Below are positions 10,836 to 21,595 of a stretch of 64,000 nt of DNA, piece after piece. Within the stretch, counting starts at the first letter, position 1, and every line of letters begins with the position of its first letter. Both the position numbers and the translations under genes were made by a program. Under the pieces are notes generated by a model. It saw only the letters and a list, made by a program, of their open reading frames with translations. It was not told the origin of the DNA and made no database searches. The DNA comes from Calditrichia bacterium (GTDB lineage Bacteria > Calditrichota > Calditrichia > JAJRVZ01): positions 928,001 to 992,000 of the forward strand of contig CAWCNS010000004.1 of NCBI GenBank assembly GCA_963796965.1, read 5' to 3'.

Positions 10836-13269
10836 ATGCTCTACGCTGATGTGGTTTTCAATCTAAAAATTGAAAAACAATTTACTTACACCATTCCTCT
10901 TGATTTATCATCAAATATATTCGTAGGACAGCGGGTTCTCGCTCCTTTTGGCAGGCGTGAGCTCACAGGTGTCATCGTTGGGTTAACTGATAAAGTCCCT
11001 TCTTATAAGTGCAAAGCGATTATTGATGTTCTAGACGAAAAACCACTTGTAAGCAGCGAAATGTTACAATTAACTAAATGGATGGCGGACTACTATATGA
11101 CCGGTTGGGGGCAGGTGCTGCAATTGGTCTTGCCAAAGGGTATAGAGAAAAAATCGAATATTACAGTGGAACTGTTACCCTCTGAAGTAATCAATGACAT
11201 TGAATTGTCGGAGAACCAGCGACATTTGTATGACAGTATTATTAGGGAACCCGGAAAAACCACTTCATACTATCGTCGGAAAGTTGGCCTAAGGTCCTTT
11301 TCCTATAACCTCCGGAAACTTGAATCAAAACAGCTGGTTATCCTTCGCAAAGAATTATCCGGGGAACGGGTTAGAAAAAAAATCACCAGGTTTATTACCG
11401 TTACTGATCTAAACCCTGATAACTTTTCAGGTTTACCGAACAAAGAGGAACTTTTAGCAAAGCTGGTCCCCTTTTCTGGGAAACCCCTTTCTTTGGATGA
11501 ATTTAAATCGTCTACGGAAATATCCGCGGCTCGTATTAAAACATTGCATTTGCGAAAAATTGTGACTATTTCAGAAAAGCAAGCTTATAAGGACATCTAT
11601 TTCTCATTATCATGAAGAACCTAAAAATATCGTCCTGAATGCAGAACAAGAAATTGCATTAGAATCTGTATGTCAGCAAATCGATAGCCATGCTTTTAAA
11701 GTTTTCCTCCTTCATGGTGTTACAGGTAGCGGGAAAACTCAGGTATATCTTGAAGCAATAGATCATGCTGTGAAAATGAATAAATCTGCAATAGTTTTAG
11801 TACCGGAAATCAGTCTTACACCGCAAACAGTTAGTCGGTTTGAGTCATTTTTCCCAGGGAAGATAAGTGTTTTCCATAGCCGGATGAGTCTGGGAGAGAG
11901 GTATGATACCTGGCAGAAAGTTTTTAGCGAAGACGTGAGTATTGTTGTTGGACCTCGATCGGCTCTTTTCTTACCTGTAAAAGATCTGGGGGTCATCATT
12001 ATTGACGAGGAGCATGATACCTCTTATAAACAGGTCGACCCGGCACCGCGATATCATGCCAGAGATATGGCTGTATATAGGGCACGAATGAATAATGCTG
12101 TGGTTGTTCTTGGGTCCGCTACACCGGCATTAGAATCCTATAGTAATGCACGGTCTGGAAAATACCAACTCCTCGAGTTAAAAAAAAGAATAAATGATCT
12201 TGCTTTACCTGCTATTGAAATTGTCAATATAAATAAAATCGGTTCCGAATCAGCCGGCGCCAAAATATTCTCCCCCCAATTAAAAAATGAAATTCAAGCA
12301 AGTTTGGAAAAAGAGGAACAAATAATCCTACTTCAAAATAGGAGAGGTTTTTCTACCTTCATACAATGCAAAATCTGTGGATTTTCGAACAAATGTCCAA
12401 ATTGTGATATCTATTTAACCTATCATTCCCATACTGACAGTGTGCAATGTCATTATTGTGGGTTCACGCAATCTGCTACTTCAAATTGCCCAAAATGTTT
12501 TGGGGTACAAATTAAACATGGCGGAGCTGGTACCCAACAGATCGAAGAATCACTTCATAAACATTTCCCAAAAATCAAAGTATTGCGGATGGATATCGAT
12601 ACCACCACAGGGAAAGGCGCGCATGAAAAGATTCTTCAACAATTTAAAAGCGGCGGTGCCGATGTATTATTAGGTACGCAAATGATTGCAAAAGGTCTGG
12701 ACTTTGAAAATGTATCATTAGTCGGGGTGATAAATGCCGATATTGGATTAACATTACCTGATTTTAGATCTGCCGAGCGTATTTTTCAATTGTTGACACA
12801 GGTGGCTGGGAGACCGGGACGGAGCAAAAGTCAGGGTCGTGTGGTTATACAAACGGGTATAGAGAATCACTATGCTATTCGGTATGCACGTTCGCATGAT
12901 TACCTTGGTTTCTATTTGCGCGAATCTGAATATCGTGAAGAACAACAGTATCCTCCTGCTACACGCCTTATAAAAATTGGTATAAATTCGGCGCAGAAAC
13001 ATCAAGCCATTCAAAAATCTACTCAAATAATAAATATCCTTAAAAGAAGGAAGAAGAAGTTTTTTAGTATCATTGGGCCTGCTCCATCTCCATTTATCAG
13101 GTTAAATAATAAATATCGCTGGCATATTCTTGTTAAAATAAATCTGAATCAGGACCCCACAGGTAAAAATACCCGAAATGAATTACGTAAAATATTAACC
13201 CCTATAATTTCTAGTTCTAACGAGAAAGAGCAGGTATATATTGATGTCGATCCCGTCGATATGATGTAA
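10836..13269 (+). CDS. priA: Primosomal protein N' (frameshift near 11605)
   Basis: HGVTGSGKT (upstream part of second frame), LVPEISLTPQ, DEEHD, SATP, Cys-rich Zn region, GTQMIAKGLDF. Confidence 0.95.
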
Positions 13270-13456
13270 AGAAAGAAATGGATTAAGATTCTGTGTTTTC
13301 ATAAATTTGTATAGCCAAATAAATAAATTATTTTCTATGATCCCTTCCCGGCCTTTCTTAGTAAACTTGTATTTGGATCAGCGCCGGCAGGCGGTTCATT
13401 TTAGGCTTAATTCTTTGAACCAGGTCTCAAAAAATTAAAAAGACATAATCGTTTAG

Positions 13457-14677
13457 ATGAGTAAACAATTCGATTCAAAAAAACAAACTTTGTCCTTTAT
13501 CAATAAGGTTTACGGAGATAAAACAACTAAATCCTCCGTGACCGATAATTTAACTGCATTAAAAGACAAATATGAGACCCTGTCCAAAAGAACCAAAGCA
13601 TTAGAACAGGTATATCAATTCCATAAAGGGATAATTCAGAGTATCTCCAGCGGTTTAATTACCATTGATTTTGATGCCAATATCACCTTTATTAATAATG
13701 CGGCATTAAAACTCTTGGGATTTGCATATAAGGAATTGGTTGGCGGGTCTATAAAGAGGGTGTTTGCGGACGAGAACGAAGCAGATAGTATTCTTAGTGA
13801 GCTTCTAAAAAAGAAAAAGATGTTCGAGAGCCGGGAAACAAATCTTATAAGCAAAAATTTAAAAATTCTACCAATCGGTTTTACGACCACTCTCCTAACA
13901 GCAAGTGACATTTCTCATATCGGTGTAATATTCAGTTTTAGAGATCTCACTAACCTCCATCATTTCCGCATACAAATGGAGCGGATGGATCGCCTGGCAA
14001 CTTTAGGTGAGGTTTCCGCCGGAATTGCCCACGAAATTCGGAATCCTCTGGCTGGAATTAAAACTTCTGCAGAGGTATTGGAGGAAAGTTTTAGTCCAGG
14101 TGATGAGCGTTCACAATTAATACGACGAATTGTAAAAGAGATTGATCGCTCAAATGATTTGCTAAAAAAGTTTTTTAATTTTGCTCAACCAGGAAAACCG
14201 AAACAGGACTACGTCTCCCTTGATGCCCTGGTAGAAGGTGTTTACCTGCTTCTCGCCCCCCGCATGCGTAAAAAGAATATTTCGTTTAATAAAAACTATG
14301 AATCAAATATTCCCGATGTTTATATTGATGAAAATCAAATGGAGCAAATATTAATTAATTTGTTCTTAAACGCGTTAGATGCCATGGATAAGGGGGGATC
14401 AATTACAATTAATCTGAAATTATCAGAATCGGATGGAGGAGATACAGCATCAGGTAATTCTCAAACGGTAACGTTAGAACTTGAAGACACCGGGCGTGGG
14501 ATCGATGAAGGAAATATAGAGAAAATATTCAATCCATTCTTTACTACTAAAAGTGACGGGGTCGGTCTGGGACTTTCTATCTCATCCCGCCTGGTTGAAG
14601 AAAATGGGGGACATCTAACTGTTAGTAGTGAACCTGGTCAAGGCTCAATATTTGCTATCCATTTGCCAACTGGCTAA
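13457..14677 (+). CDS. Cytoplasmic PAS histidine kinase (NtrB-like)
   Basis: PAS region, AHEIRNPL H-box, NALDA, DTGRGI, FFTTK, GVGLGL; no TM helix. Confidence 0.9.
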   Translation: MSKQFDSKKQTLSFINKVYGDKTTKSSVTDNLTALKDKYETLSKRTKALEQVYQFHKGIIQSISSGLITIDFDANITFINNAALKLLGFAYKELVGGSIKRVFADENEADSILSELLKKKKMFESRETNLISKNLKILPIGFTTTLLTASDISHIGVIFSFRDLTNLHHFRIQMERMDRLATLGEVSAGIAHEIRNPLAGIKTSAEVLEESFSPGDERSQLIRRIVKEIDRSNDLLKKFFNFAQPGKPKQDYVSLDALVEGVYLLLAPRMRKKNISFNKNYESNIPDVYIDENQMEQILINLFLNALDAMDKGGSITINLKLSESDGGDTASGNSQTVTLELEDTGRGIDEGNIEKIFNPFFTTKSDGVGLGLSISSRLVEENGGHLTVSSEPGQGSIFAIHLPTG

Positions 14678-14987
14678 TTAATAGTACCGGATAGCTATTA
14701 TCTCTTCATAAGTTTTTATTGATTAAGGAGATTAGTTCTCCTTCAACCACTTTTTTAGAAATGATGATTATATCTGCCATCTTAAAGATTCTTCGTACTT
14801 CCATAATATTCAATGTTTCATTCCAAGTATCAATTAAAATTTTATTCATCTAATTTCAACTTGCAATCACTATAATTAAACATCGAAAAATGAACTCTTG
14901 CCGGTCCTGAGATCTCTTACGTATCATATTTACGGAATAGATTTCCCTCAATTATCCAGGGTTAAAAAATTAAAATTGAAATTCAGG

Positions 14988-15014
14988 TTAATATCAGCGT
15001 AAATCAGTCGATAA
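14988..15014 (+). promoter_or_regulatory. Putative sigma28 (FliA/WhiG)-like promoter of the Mgl operon
   Basis: TTAA-N15-GTCGATAA vs consensus TAAA-N15-GCCGATAA. Confidence 0.35.
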
Positions 15015-15054
15015 ATAATAGTAATCAAGTAATTTATTTATAATATTATGGGCT

Positions 15055-15441
15055 ATGGGAAAAGAGTTAATGGAGGCAGAAAAGAGAATTCTAATTGTTG
15101 ATGATGAGGAAACCCTAACATTTAGTCTTTATCAGGCATTTATAAAATGCCCGGACAACATTGAAGTTGTAACAGCAGCGTCAGGTGAAGAAGCTGCGGA
15201 GAAAATCGAGCAAACAAAGTTCGACCTGGTTCTAACTGATATCAGGATGCCGGGCATGGATGGGTTAGAGTTGTTAATGAAGATAAAGGCAGATAATCCG
15301 GAAATCAAAGTGATTGTTATGACCGCCTTCGGCTCTTTAGAGAAAAAAGAGGAGTCAATTCAAAAAGGCGCGGATTATTATATTGAGAAGGGTACGGATC
15401 TCAGGGATATAAGGAAAGCAGTTATGGAGTTTCTGTATTAA
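15055..15441 (+). CDS. Single-domain response regulator
   Basis: ILIVDDE, LTDIRMPGMDG, VMTA; no output domain. Confidence 0.9.
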   Translation: MGKELMEAEKRILIVDDEETLTFSLYQAFIKCPDNIEVVTAASGEEAAEKIEQTKFDLVLTDIRMPGMDGLELLMKIKADNPEIKVIVMTAFGSLEKKEESIQKGADYYIEKGTDLRDIRKAVMEFLY

Positions 15442-15443
15442 TT

Positions 15444-16082
15444 ATGGCTTTAGTCGGAAATCTTCGTGATCTAAAATTGCCAAATCTCATCCAGTTAAAC
15501 TGTATGGAGCGGAATACGGCAAAATTAACTGTAGAGCATGCCGGTAAATTCGGTATTATCTATTTTCAGGATGGACAAATTGCACATGCTGAATATGAAC
15601 CGGATATTGGTGATGCAGCACTCTTTCGTCTAATGGAACTCCATGAGGGGAAGTTTAAAGTCGAAAATGGTGTACGTCCTCCACTAATATCAATTAAGAC
15701 ACACTGGAATAATCTTTTATTAGAAGGATTACATCAGCTCGATACACAGCAAATATCAGATGATGGAAAAACTATTCGGATGCTTAATATGTTGATGAAT
15801 ATTAAAGGTGTGAAAAAAGTGGCATTAATTGATAAGAAAGGAGATGTTTTAAAGGGAGAAACACCTTCACGTAAGGATTCAATTGTTCAGGCCCTTTCAT
15901 ATCTTCAGATTGAAAAAATTAATACACTGTTAAAACAGGATAAACCTCAGTATATAAGTTTTGTATCGAAAACGAACAGAACAATTCTAAAAGGGTACGA
16001 AAAAAATATTGTTTATATTGACATTGAACCAAGAATTCAACTTGAGATGATACTTCCATTTATCGAACAAGTTGTATCATAA
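15444..16082 (+). CDS. DUF4388 (PatA-N-like) protein with C-terminal roadblock-like domain
   Basis: LVGNLRDLKLPNLIQL...GIIYFQDGQIAHA...LLLEG; then LMNIKGVKKVALIDKKG. Confidence 0.75.
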   Translation: MALVGNLRDLKLPNLIQLNCMERNTAKLTVEHAGKFGIIYFQDGQIAHAEYEPDIGDAALFRLMELHEGKFKVENGVRPPLISIKTHWNNLLLEGLHQLDTQQISDDGKTIRMLNMLMNIKGVKKVALIDKKGDVLKGETPSRKDSIVQALSYLQIEKINTLLKQDKPQYISFVSKTNRTILKGYEKNIVYIDIEPRIQLEMILPFIEQVVS

Positions 16083-16113
16083 ATTCCTAATAGAAATATG
16101 AGATACTTTATTT

Positions 16114-16551
16114 ATGAGTGAACGCTGGTTAAGAGAGATTACAGACATTAGTGGTGTAGAGGGTGTCTTGCTTGTTTCATCAATCGGGAAATTTATCGAA
16201 AACATCGGCACACCATTTGACCGTGACGTAATAGAAAATATTTCAAGAAATATTTTGCGTATAGTTGCGTCTCATGACCTGGCCGAAAAACAAATTAAAG
16301 AAGTTGAACTAGCCTGGTATAATTACAGAATCCTTGCCATGAGAACCAATGCGTTTGTTATAATTGTTTTTTGTAACTCTACTAAAGTTCTGTCTTTGTT
16401 ACGCATAACAATGAATGTTGTAGCAGCTCATATAATGGAGGACAAGAAAACAATGAAAAAAATTAAAAAATCAGTAGGTGAGGGTACCTCGGTATTGGAT
16501 AAAAATGAACTTGACGAATCAGAAATAAATTTAATTTCTAAATTGCAATAA
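16114..16551 (+). CDS. Divergent roadblock/LC7-like protein
   Basis: LREITDISGVEGVLLVSSIG start and LSLLRITM end typical of the roadblock fold. Confidence 0.6.
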   Translation: MSERWLREITDISGVEGVLLVSSIGKFIENIGTPFDRDVIENISRNILRIVASHDLAEKQIKEVELAWYNYRILAMRTNAFVIIVFCNSTKVLSLLRITMNVVAAHIMEDKKTMKKIKKSVGEGTSVLDKNELDESEINLISKLQ

Positions 16552-16609
16552 AGGGGATAAACATTTATATTTTTAAATCTTTGCCTAAATTTCTAAAAGA
16601 TCTGAGTGC

Positions 16610-17113
16610 ATGACAATCTATGAAAAGGAGAACATTCGGCGGGTGTTTCCTAATAATAAAGTTATTATTAAAATAAACCCCAAGAACCCACCGACTGCAT
16701 CAAAATTATCCTTAACTGAATGGAAAGTTATCATGCAGGTTGATGGTCAGAAAAACCTGCAGGAGATAATTAATGATCTGGCACTTGGAGAAGAGGAAAG
16801 TCTGGCAATATTTCATGAACTCTACCAAAAAAACTTGATCGAAATAGTAGTCGAAGATAATATTCAAAGTAGGATTGCAGGGGAAGATTTTTTCAAAGAT
16901 CTTGAGAATATTTTGGTCCAGATTATAGGACCGGTTTCTATGTACCTGATTGACGATGTCCTATGGGAGTTAAACGAAACCCGGGAAAATTTTATTATAG
17001 AAAAAATTCCTTCACTAGCTGAAGCTATTAGTCGCGAGATTATAGACGATAAAAAACAGGTCCAATTTCAAGAGGAGATACTTGCTCTGATAAAAAGTTA
17101 TGAAATTTATTAG
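16610..17113 (+). CDS. Winged-helix-like protein with C-terminal helical domain
   Basis: LSLTEWKVIMQVDGQKNLQEI...L.QKNLIEI; IIGPVS motif. This pattern is usually found fused to DUF4388. Confidence 0.5.
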   Translation: MTIYEKENIRRVFPNNKVIIKINPKNPPTASKLSLTEWKVIMQVDGQKNLQEIINDLALGEEESLAIFHELYQKNLIEIVVEDNIQSRIAGEDFFKDLENILVQIIGPVSMYLIDDVLWELNETRENFIIEKIPSLAEAISREIIDDKKQVQFQEEILALIKSYEIY

Positions 17114-17851
17114 CCTTCGCTGGAAAATAAGCGGCATTCTGATTCTAAGTAATTTACTTCTGGGCGCAATTATCGTTTTCATCGTCCATAGATCTGTTAC
17201 TGAATCACTTGAGAATGAGTTTATCGAGCGTGGTAAATCACTTGGCCTTGATCTCTCTCAATATATTGGTGAACTAATATTAGAAGAAGATGTGGTCGGT
17301 TTAACCGGGATTATTACACGCTTACTTTCCTTTGAAACTGCACAATATATCGTAATTCATAACAGTGAGGGTAATATTATTTCGGATACTTTTAATGGAA
17401 ATGTACCTCAGGAATTGAGCACGAGAACGGTGGGTCATAGAAATAAATGAGTATGCACCGGAGTTAATAACCATAGAAGATATGGATGATGCCTTCTATG
17501 ATATTGTCGTACCCGTAGAAGAAGGGAGCCTAGGGTTTATCCGAATCGGGATGAAAAGAAGTTATATCACGGATAAGGTTCAAAAGACAAACAACTATAT
17601 TTTTCTCAGTGTATTGATTGTAACATTTATTGGAATCGTTATTGTATATTTTCTTGCGAATAGAATTATTAATCCGATATTGAATCTTGCCCACAGAGCA
17701 AATGAAATCAGCACCGGAAAGTTAGGTGAGAAAGTTGCCATTGAAACTAATGATGAAATAAATTATATGGCTGAAGCGGTGGAGAGACTTCGAGAGAAGT
17801 TTAAATATTGCTCTGGCGAGATTAAACAAAAATAAAACAATACGAATATAA
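17100..17851 (+). CDS. Two-TM sensor with terminal HAMP domain and no output domain (frameshifts near 17440 and 17797)
   Basis: TM1, periplasmic region, TM2, IINPILNLAHRANEISTG...DEINYMAEAVERLR; corrected end ESLNIALARLNKNKTIRI*. Confidence 0.7.
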
Positions 17852-17872
17852 ATAACATGGGGATGCAGTATT

Positions 17873-18385
17873 ATGGTACAGACTAAAAAACTGAAGGATG
17901 GCAGCCGGCAGATTATTCTAAATGGTAATCAATATGAAGGTATTACAAAGATTCTGGCTGAACTGGCAACCAAAACCAAAGCCTCCGCTATATTATTCGC
18001 TGATATGAGTGGCCAGCTGATCAGCCAGCGAGGCAACACAGAAAATATGAACACGACAGTACTTTCTGCGCTTGCTGCCAGTGATTTTGCCGCCACAGCT
18101 GAAATGGCAAAATTAGTTGGAGAGGAAGCAAAATTTAAACTGCTCTTCCATGAAGGCGAAAAACGGAATGTTTATCTTTCGAATGTGGGAGACTATTTCT
18201 TTCTCGTCGTTGTATTTGATGTGAATGTGACACTGGGTCTCATTCGAATCTATACGAAAAAAGCGATTCAGAGTCTTTCGGATATTTTAGAACAAGAATC
18301 CGATGATGAATTATCACAAAAGGATATGATTGACTCAGATTTTAGCTCACTTTTGGGTGATGCTTTGGATGAATCATTTAAATAA
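17873..18385 (+). CDS. mglB: Roadblock/LC7 protein MglB (GAP)
   Basis: LFADMSGQLI, LSALAASDFAATAEMAKLVGE, LFHEGEK, TLGLIR. Confidence 0.88.
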   Translation: MVQTKKLKDGSRQIILNGNQYEGITKILAELATKTKASAILFADMSGQLISQRGNTENMNTTVLSALAASDFAATAEMAKLVGEEAKFKLLFHEGEKRNVYLSNVGDYFFLVVVFDVNVTLGLIRIYTKKAIQSLSDILEQESDDELSQKDMIDSDFSSLLGDALDESFK

Positions 18386-18426
18386 TTAAAATTGAAAAAT
18401 CGAAGTGAATTTGTTGAGGGGATCTG

Positions 18427-19011
18427 ATGTTTATTAATTGGGCGCTACAAGAAATTAATTTGAAAATAGTATTTTATGGACCAGGTATGAGCGGTAAGAC
18501 TACCAATCTTGAGTTTATTCACTCTAAACTGGATCCTTCACTAGCAGGTGAATTGGTCTCATTAAAAACAAAAGAAGACCGAACGATCTTTTTTGATTTC
18601 ATGCAGATTGAGGTAGGAAGGATAAAGGGAAAAAAACCTAAGTTTAACCTTTATACTGTTCCTGGCCAGGTATATTACGCCTCAAGTAGAAAAGTTATTT
18701 TAAACGGTGTTGATGGCCTTGTATTCGTTGCTGATTCACAACCACACCGTATGGAAGCCAATATTGAAACGCTTTTGGACCTGGAGAACAACCTGAAACA
18801 AGATGGACACACTCTGGAAGATTTTCCGTGGGTTATCCAATATAATAAGCGTGATCTGCCGGGTGTAGAATCTGTTGAAGCATTGCAGAAAAAACTTAAT
18901 TTTTTCAATGTGCCGTATTTTGAGGCCGTAGCTGTAAAAGGTGATGGTGTGTTTAACACGTTAAAGGCCATAATTAATAATGTGGTCCAGCATGTTCAAA
19001 ATCAATTGTAA
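18427..19011 (+). CDS. mglA: Ras-like small GTPase MglA
   Basis: YGPGMSGKTTNL, DRTIFFDF, YTVPGQ, NKRD, EAVA. Confidence 0.95.
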   Translation: MFINWALQEINLKIVFYGPGMSGKTTNLEFIHSKLDPSLAGELVSLKTKEDRTIFFDFMQIEVGRIKGKKPKFNLYTVPGQVYYASSRKVILNGVDGLVFVADSQPHRMEANIETLLDLENNLKQDGHTLEDFPWVIQYNKRDLPGVESVEALQKKLNFFNVPYFEAVAVKGDGVFNTLKAIINNVVQHVQNQL

Positions 19012-19029
19012 GATTATATGAACTTTTGA

Positions 19030-19060
19030 AACCTCCCTGCCCTGGCTTGGAGGTTTTTTT
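19030..19060 (+). terminator. Rho-independent terminator after mglA
   Basis: AACCTCC...GGAGGTT hairpin followed by T-run. Confidence 0.75.
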
Positions 19061-19074
19061 ATGTCCAAAATCTA

Positions 19075-20376
19075 ATGAATAACTTATTTAAATTTACCAA
19101 CAATAAATGGGTCTATAGTTGGGCCCTGTATGATTGGGCTAACTCGGCCTTTGCCACGACAGTGATCGCCGCTGTGTTACCCACTTATTATGGAACAGTT
19201 GCAGCTTCCAATCTTCCACCAAATATTGCTACCAGTTACTGGGGCTATTCGACAACAATCGCCATGCTACTTCTTGTTTTTTTCGCACCTTTTTTGGGTG
19301 CGTTAGCTGATTATAAACGTGCTAAATTAAAGTTTCTGGTCGGATCTGTAGTTGTTGGCGTCAGTTTTACTGCCATGCTCTTCTTCGTAACTGAAGGTAA
19401 CTGGCTGATGGCCTCAGTCTTTTATATTCTGGGAAGAATAGGGTGGTCAGGAGCTAATATATTTTACGACTCACTTCTCCCTCATATCGCTAAAGATCAT
19501 GAGATTAATCAGGTGTCGACCCTGGGCTATGCTGCGGGATATTTAGGAGGTGGAATACTGTTATCCCTTAATTTAATTATGATTTTGTCTCCCCAGACTT
19601 TTGGTATCCCGGATGCTCAATTGGGCACACGTCTTTCTTTTCTAACTGTCGCTTGCTGGTGGGCCATATTTTCAATTCCTTTGCTTAAAAATGTTCCTGA
19701 GCCAATTGTCCAAAATACACCTCGATCAGAGGGTAACAGTTTTCTTATTGCCGCCAGGCGTTTAGTCAAAACTTTTCGAGAAATTCGAAAATTCCGGCAA
19801 GCTTTCCTTTTTCTCATAGCATTCTGGTTCTATAATGATGGGATTGGGACAATCATTGTGATGGCTGTTATGTTTGGTACAGAGATTGGAATTGGACAAG
19901 AACATCTCATTGGGGCTATTCTGGCTGTGCAATTAATCGGAGTTCCTTTTACCATTTTGTTTGGGAAACTTGCAGTAAAAATGACGGTTAAACGGGCGAT
20001 ATATTTAGGATTGATTGTATATACTTTTATATCGATTGGTGGTTATTTTATGCAATCTGCTCTTCATTTCTGGATTTTAGCTATTGCAGTCGGTATGGTC
20101 CAGGGCGGAACACAGGCCCTAAGCCGTTCTCTTTTTGGACTTATGACTCCAAAAAAGAAATCAGCTGAGTTTTTTGGTTTTTTTGATGTCTCTCAAAAGT
20201 TTTCAGGGATTCTAGGTCCCGCATTATTTGCGATTATAGCCCAGTTATCAGGGTCTAGCCGTTTAAGTATTATCACATTGATTATATTTTTTATTGGTGG
20301 GATGTACATGCTGGAGAAAATAAGATTAGAGGAGGGGATCCAGGTAGCCAGGTCTGCTGATTTGAGCGATAGTTAA
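19075..20376 (+). CDS. MFS transporter, UMF1/Atg22-like family
   Basis: SWALYDWANSAFAT, QALSRS; about 12 TM helices. Confidence 0.85.
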   Translation: MNNLFKFTNNKWVYSWALYDWANSAFATTVIAAVLPTYYGTVAASNLPPNIATSYWGYSTTIAMLLLVFFAPFLGALADYKRAKLKFLVGSVVVGVSFTAMLFFVTEGNWLMASVFYILGRIGWSGANIFYDSLLPHIAKDHEINQVSTLGYAAGYLGGGILLSLNLIMILSPQTFGIPDAQLGTRLSFLTVACWWAIFSIPLLKNVPEPIVQNTPRSEGNSFLIAARRLVKTFREIRKFRQAFLFLIAFWFYNDGIGTIIVMAVMFGTEIGIGQEHLIGAILAVQLIGVPFTILFGKLAVKMTVKRAIYLGLIVYTFISIGGYFMQSALHFWILAIAVGMVQGGTQALSRSLFGLMTPKKKSAEFFGFFDVSQKFSGILGPALFAIIAQLSGSSRLSIITLIIFFIGGMYMLEKIRLEEGIQVARSADLSDS

Positions 20377-20390
20377 GAATTAAATCCTTC

Positions 20391-21383
20391 GTGAATATAA
20401 TTCCGTCCAAATTATTTTCTCTTTTTGCACATTCTTCCAAACAATATAATTCTTCTAATAATCTGCGAGATTTTAATTTGTTAGCCTTTATTAAAACCGG
20501 TAAATTGATTGCTATAGTTTTTTTTATATCGGGATTTATGCTTGTTCATGGCTCCTATAAACAAAAAGTGGGCGATGTAGTTATCATTGCCCCGTTAAAA
20601 GACAGTCTTATAGTTCGAGAGTTAGCTGGCTTTGCTAAAGAGGCGCAAAATATTAATGAACGCTTTTTCTCCCATCGATTGAATAAAATAATTCATGTTT
20701 ATCTGACAGAATCTGAATCAGAATATCACAAGTTTAGTAGTAATCAAATTCCTGAGTGGAGTAGTGGGGTAGCCTTTATTAGCCAGCATATCATTGTTTT
20801 AAAACCGGGGAACTATTACAGTCCGCACCAATATCGACAGACAATGATTCATGAAATATCTCATATTTATATGGGGGAGTTAATAAATACAGATGTGCTC
20901 CCGGTCTGGCTCAATGAGGGTACTGTTATGTACCTGAGTGGAAAGTCCCTTACCTGGGAGGAAAATATTGTTATAGGTAATGCCATGGTAGCAAATAAAA
21001 TGGTAGACCTTGTTGCCATAGACAGTCTGCTTACATTCGTGTCCGCCAAGGCAAATTTAGCGTATCTTGAATCCTTTCTGGCAGTTCAGTTTATAGTGGA
21101 AAAGCATGGTGAAAACAAACTTGCTGCTATTATTTCAAGTTTGTCTGATCATAATTCTTTGGATCAGGCATTTATTGAAAATATCGGATATGACTTTTTT
21201 GATTTTGAAATCTTGTGGTTTGAAAATTTAAAAAACCAATTTCGATGGATTGCTTTTCTGCAATTCGAAAATCTATTCTTTTTTGTATTAGTGATTATTA
21301 TTTTATTTGCATGGATCGCAAGACGATATCGAAACAAAAAAATATATCAACGCTGGGAAGAAGAAGATCTGGAATTATTTTGA
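20391..21383 (+). CDS. Peptidase MA-family metallohydrolase with C-terminal TM helix
   Basis: HEISH followed by PVWLNEG. Start codon uncertain. Confidence 0.75.
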   Translation: MNIIPSKLFSLFAHSSKQYNSSNNLRDFNLLAFIKTGKLIAIVFFISGFMLVHGSYKQKVGDVVIIAPLKDSLIVRELAGFAKEAQNINERFFSHRLNKIIHVYLTESESEYHKFSSNQIPEWSSGVAFISQHIIVLKPGNYYSPHQYRQTMIHEISHIYMGELINTDVLPVWLNEGTVMYLSGKSLTWEENIVIGNAMVANKMVDLVAIDSLLTFVSAKANLAYLESFLAVQFIVEKHGENKLAAIISSLSDHNSLDQAFIENIGYDFFDFEILWFENLKNQFRWIAFLQFENLFFFVLVIIILFAWIARRYRNKKIYQRWEEEDLELF

Positions 21384-21595
21384 ATCTCAAACTTTGTTTT
21401 TTCAATGTTTTTATTAACTGAGAATATTTATATCTCGCGGAGCCGTAAAGCCCTGCCCCGACATAGGTGGGCGGCGCAGAGAATTTTTTTCTAATTCGTG
21501 ATAATTGGTAGATATGTTTTTTTGATTGCAGCATCACTGTTGTATGAATAAATACAGATAACTCATGATTTGAAAGGGGAGAATTCATTTTCCTT

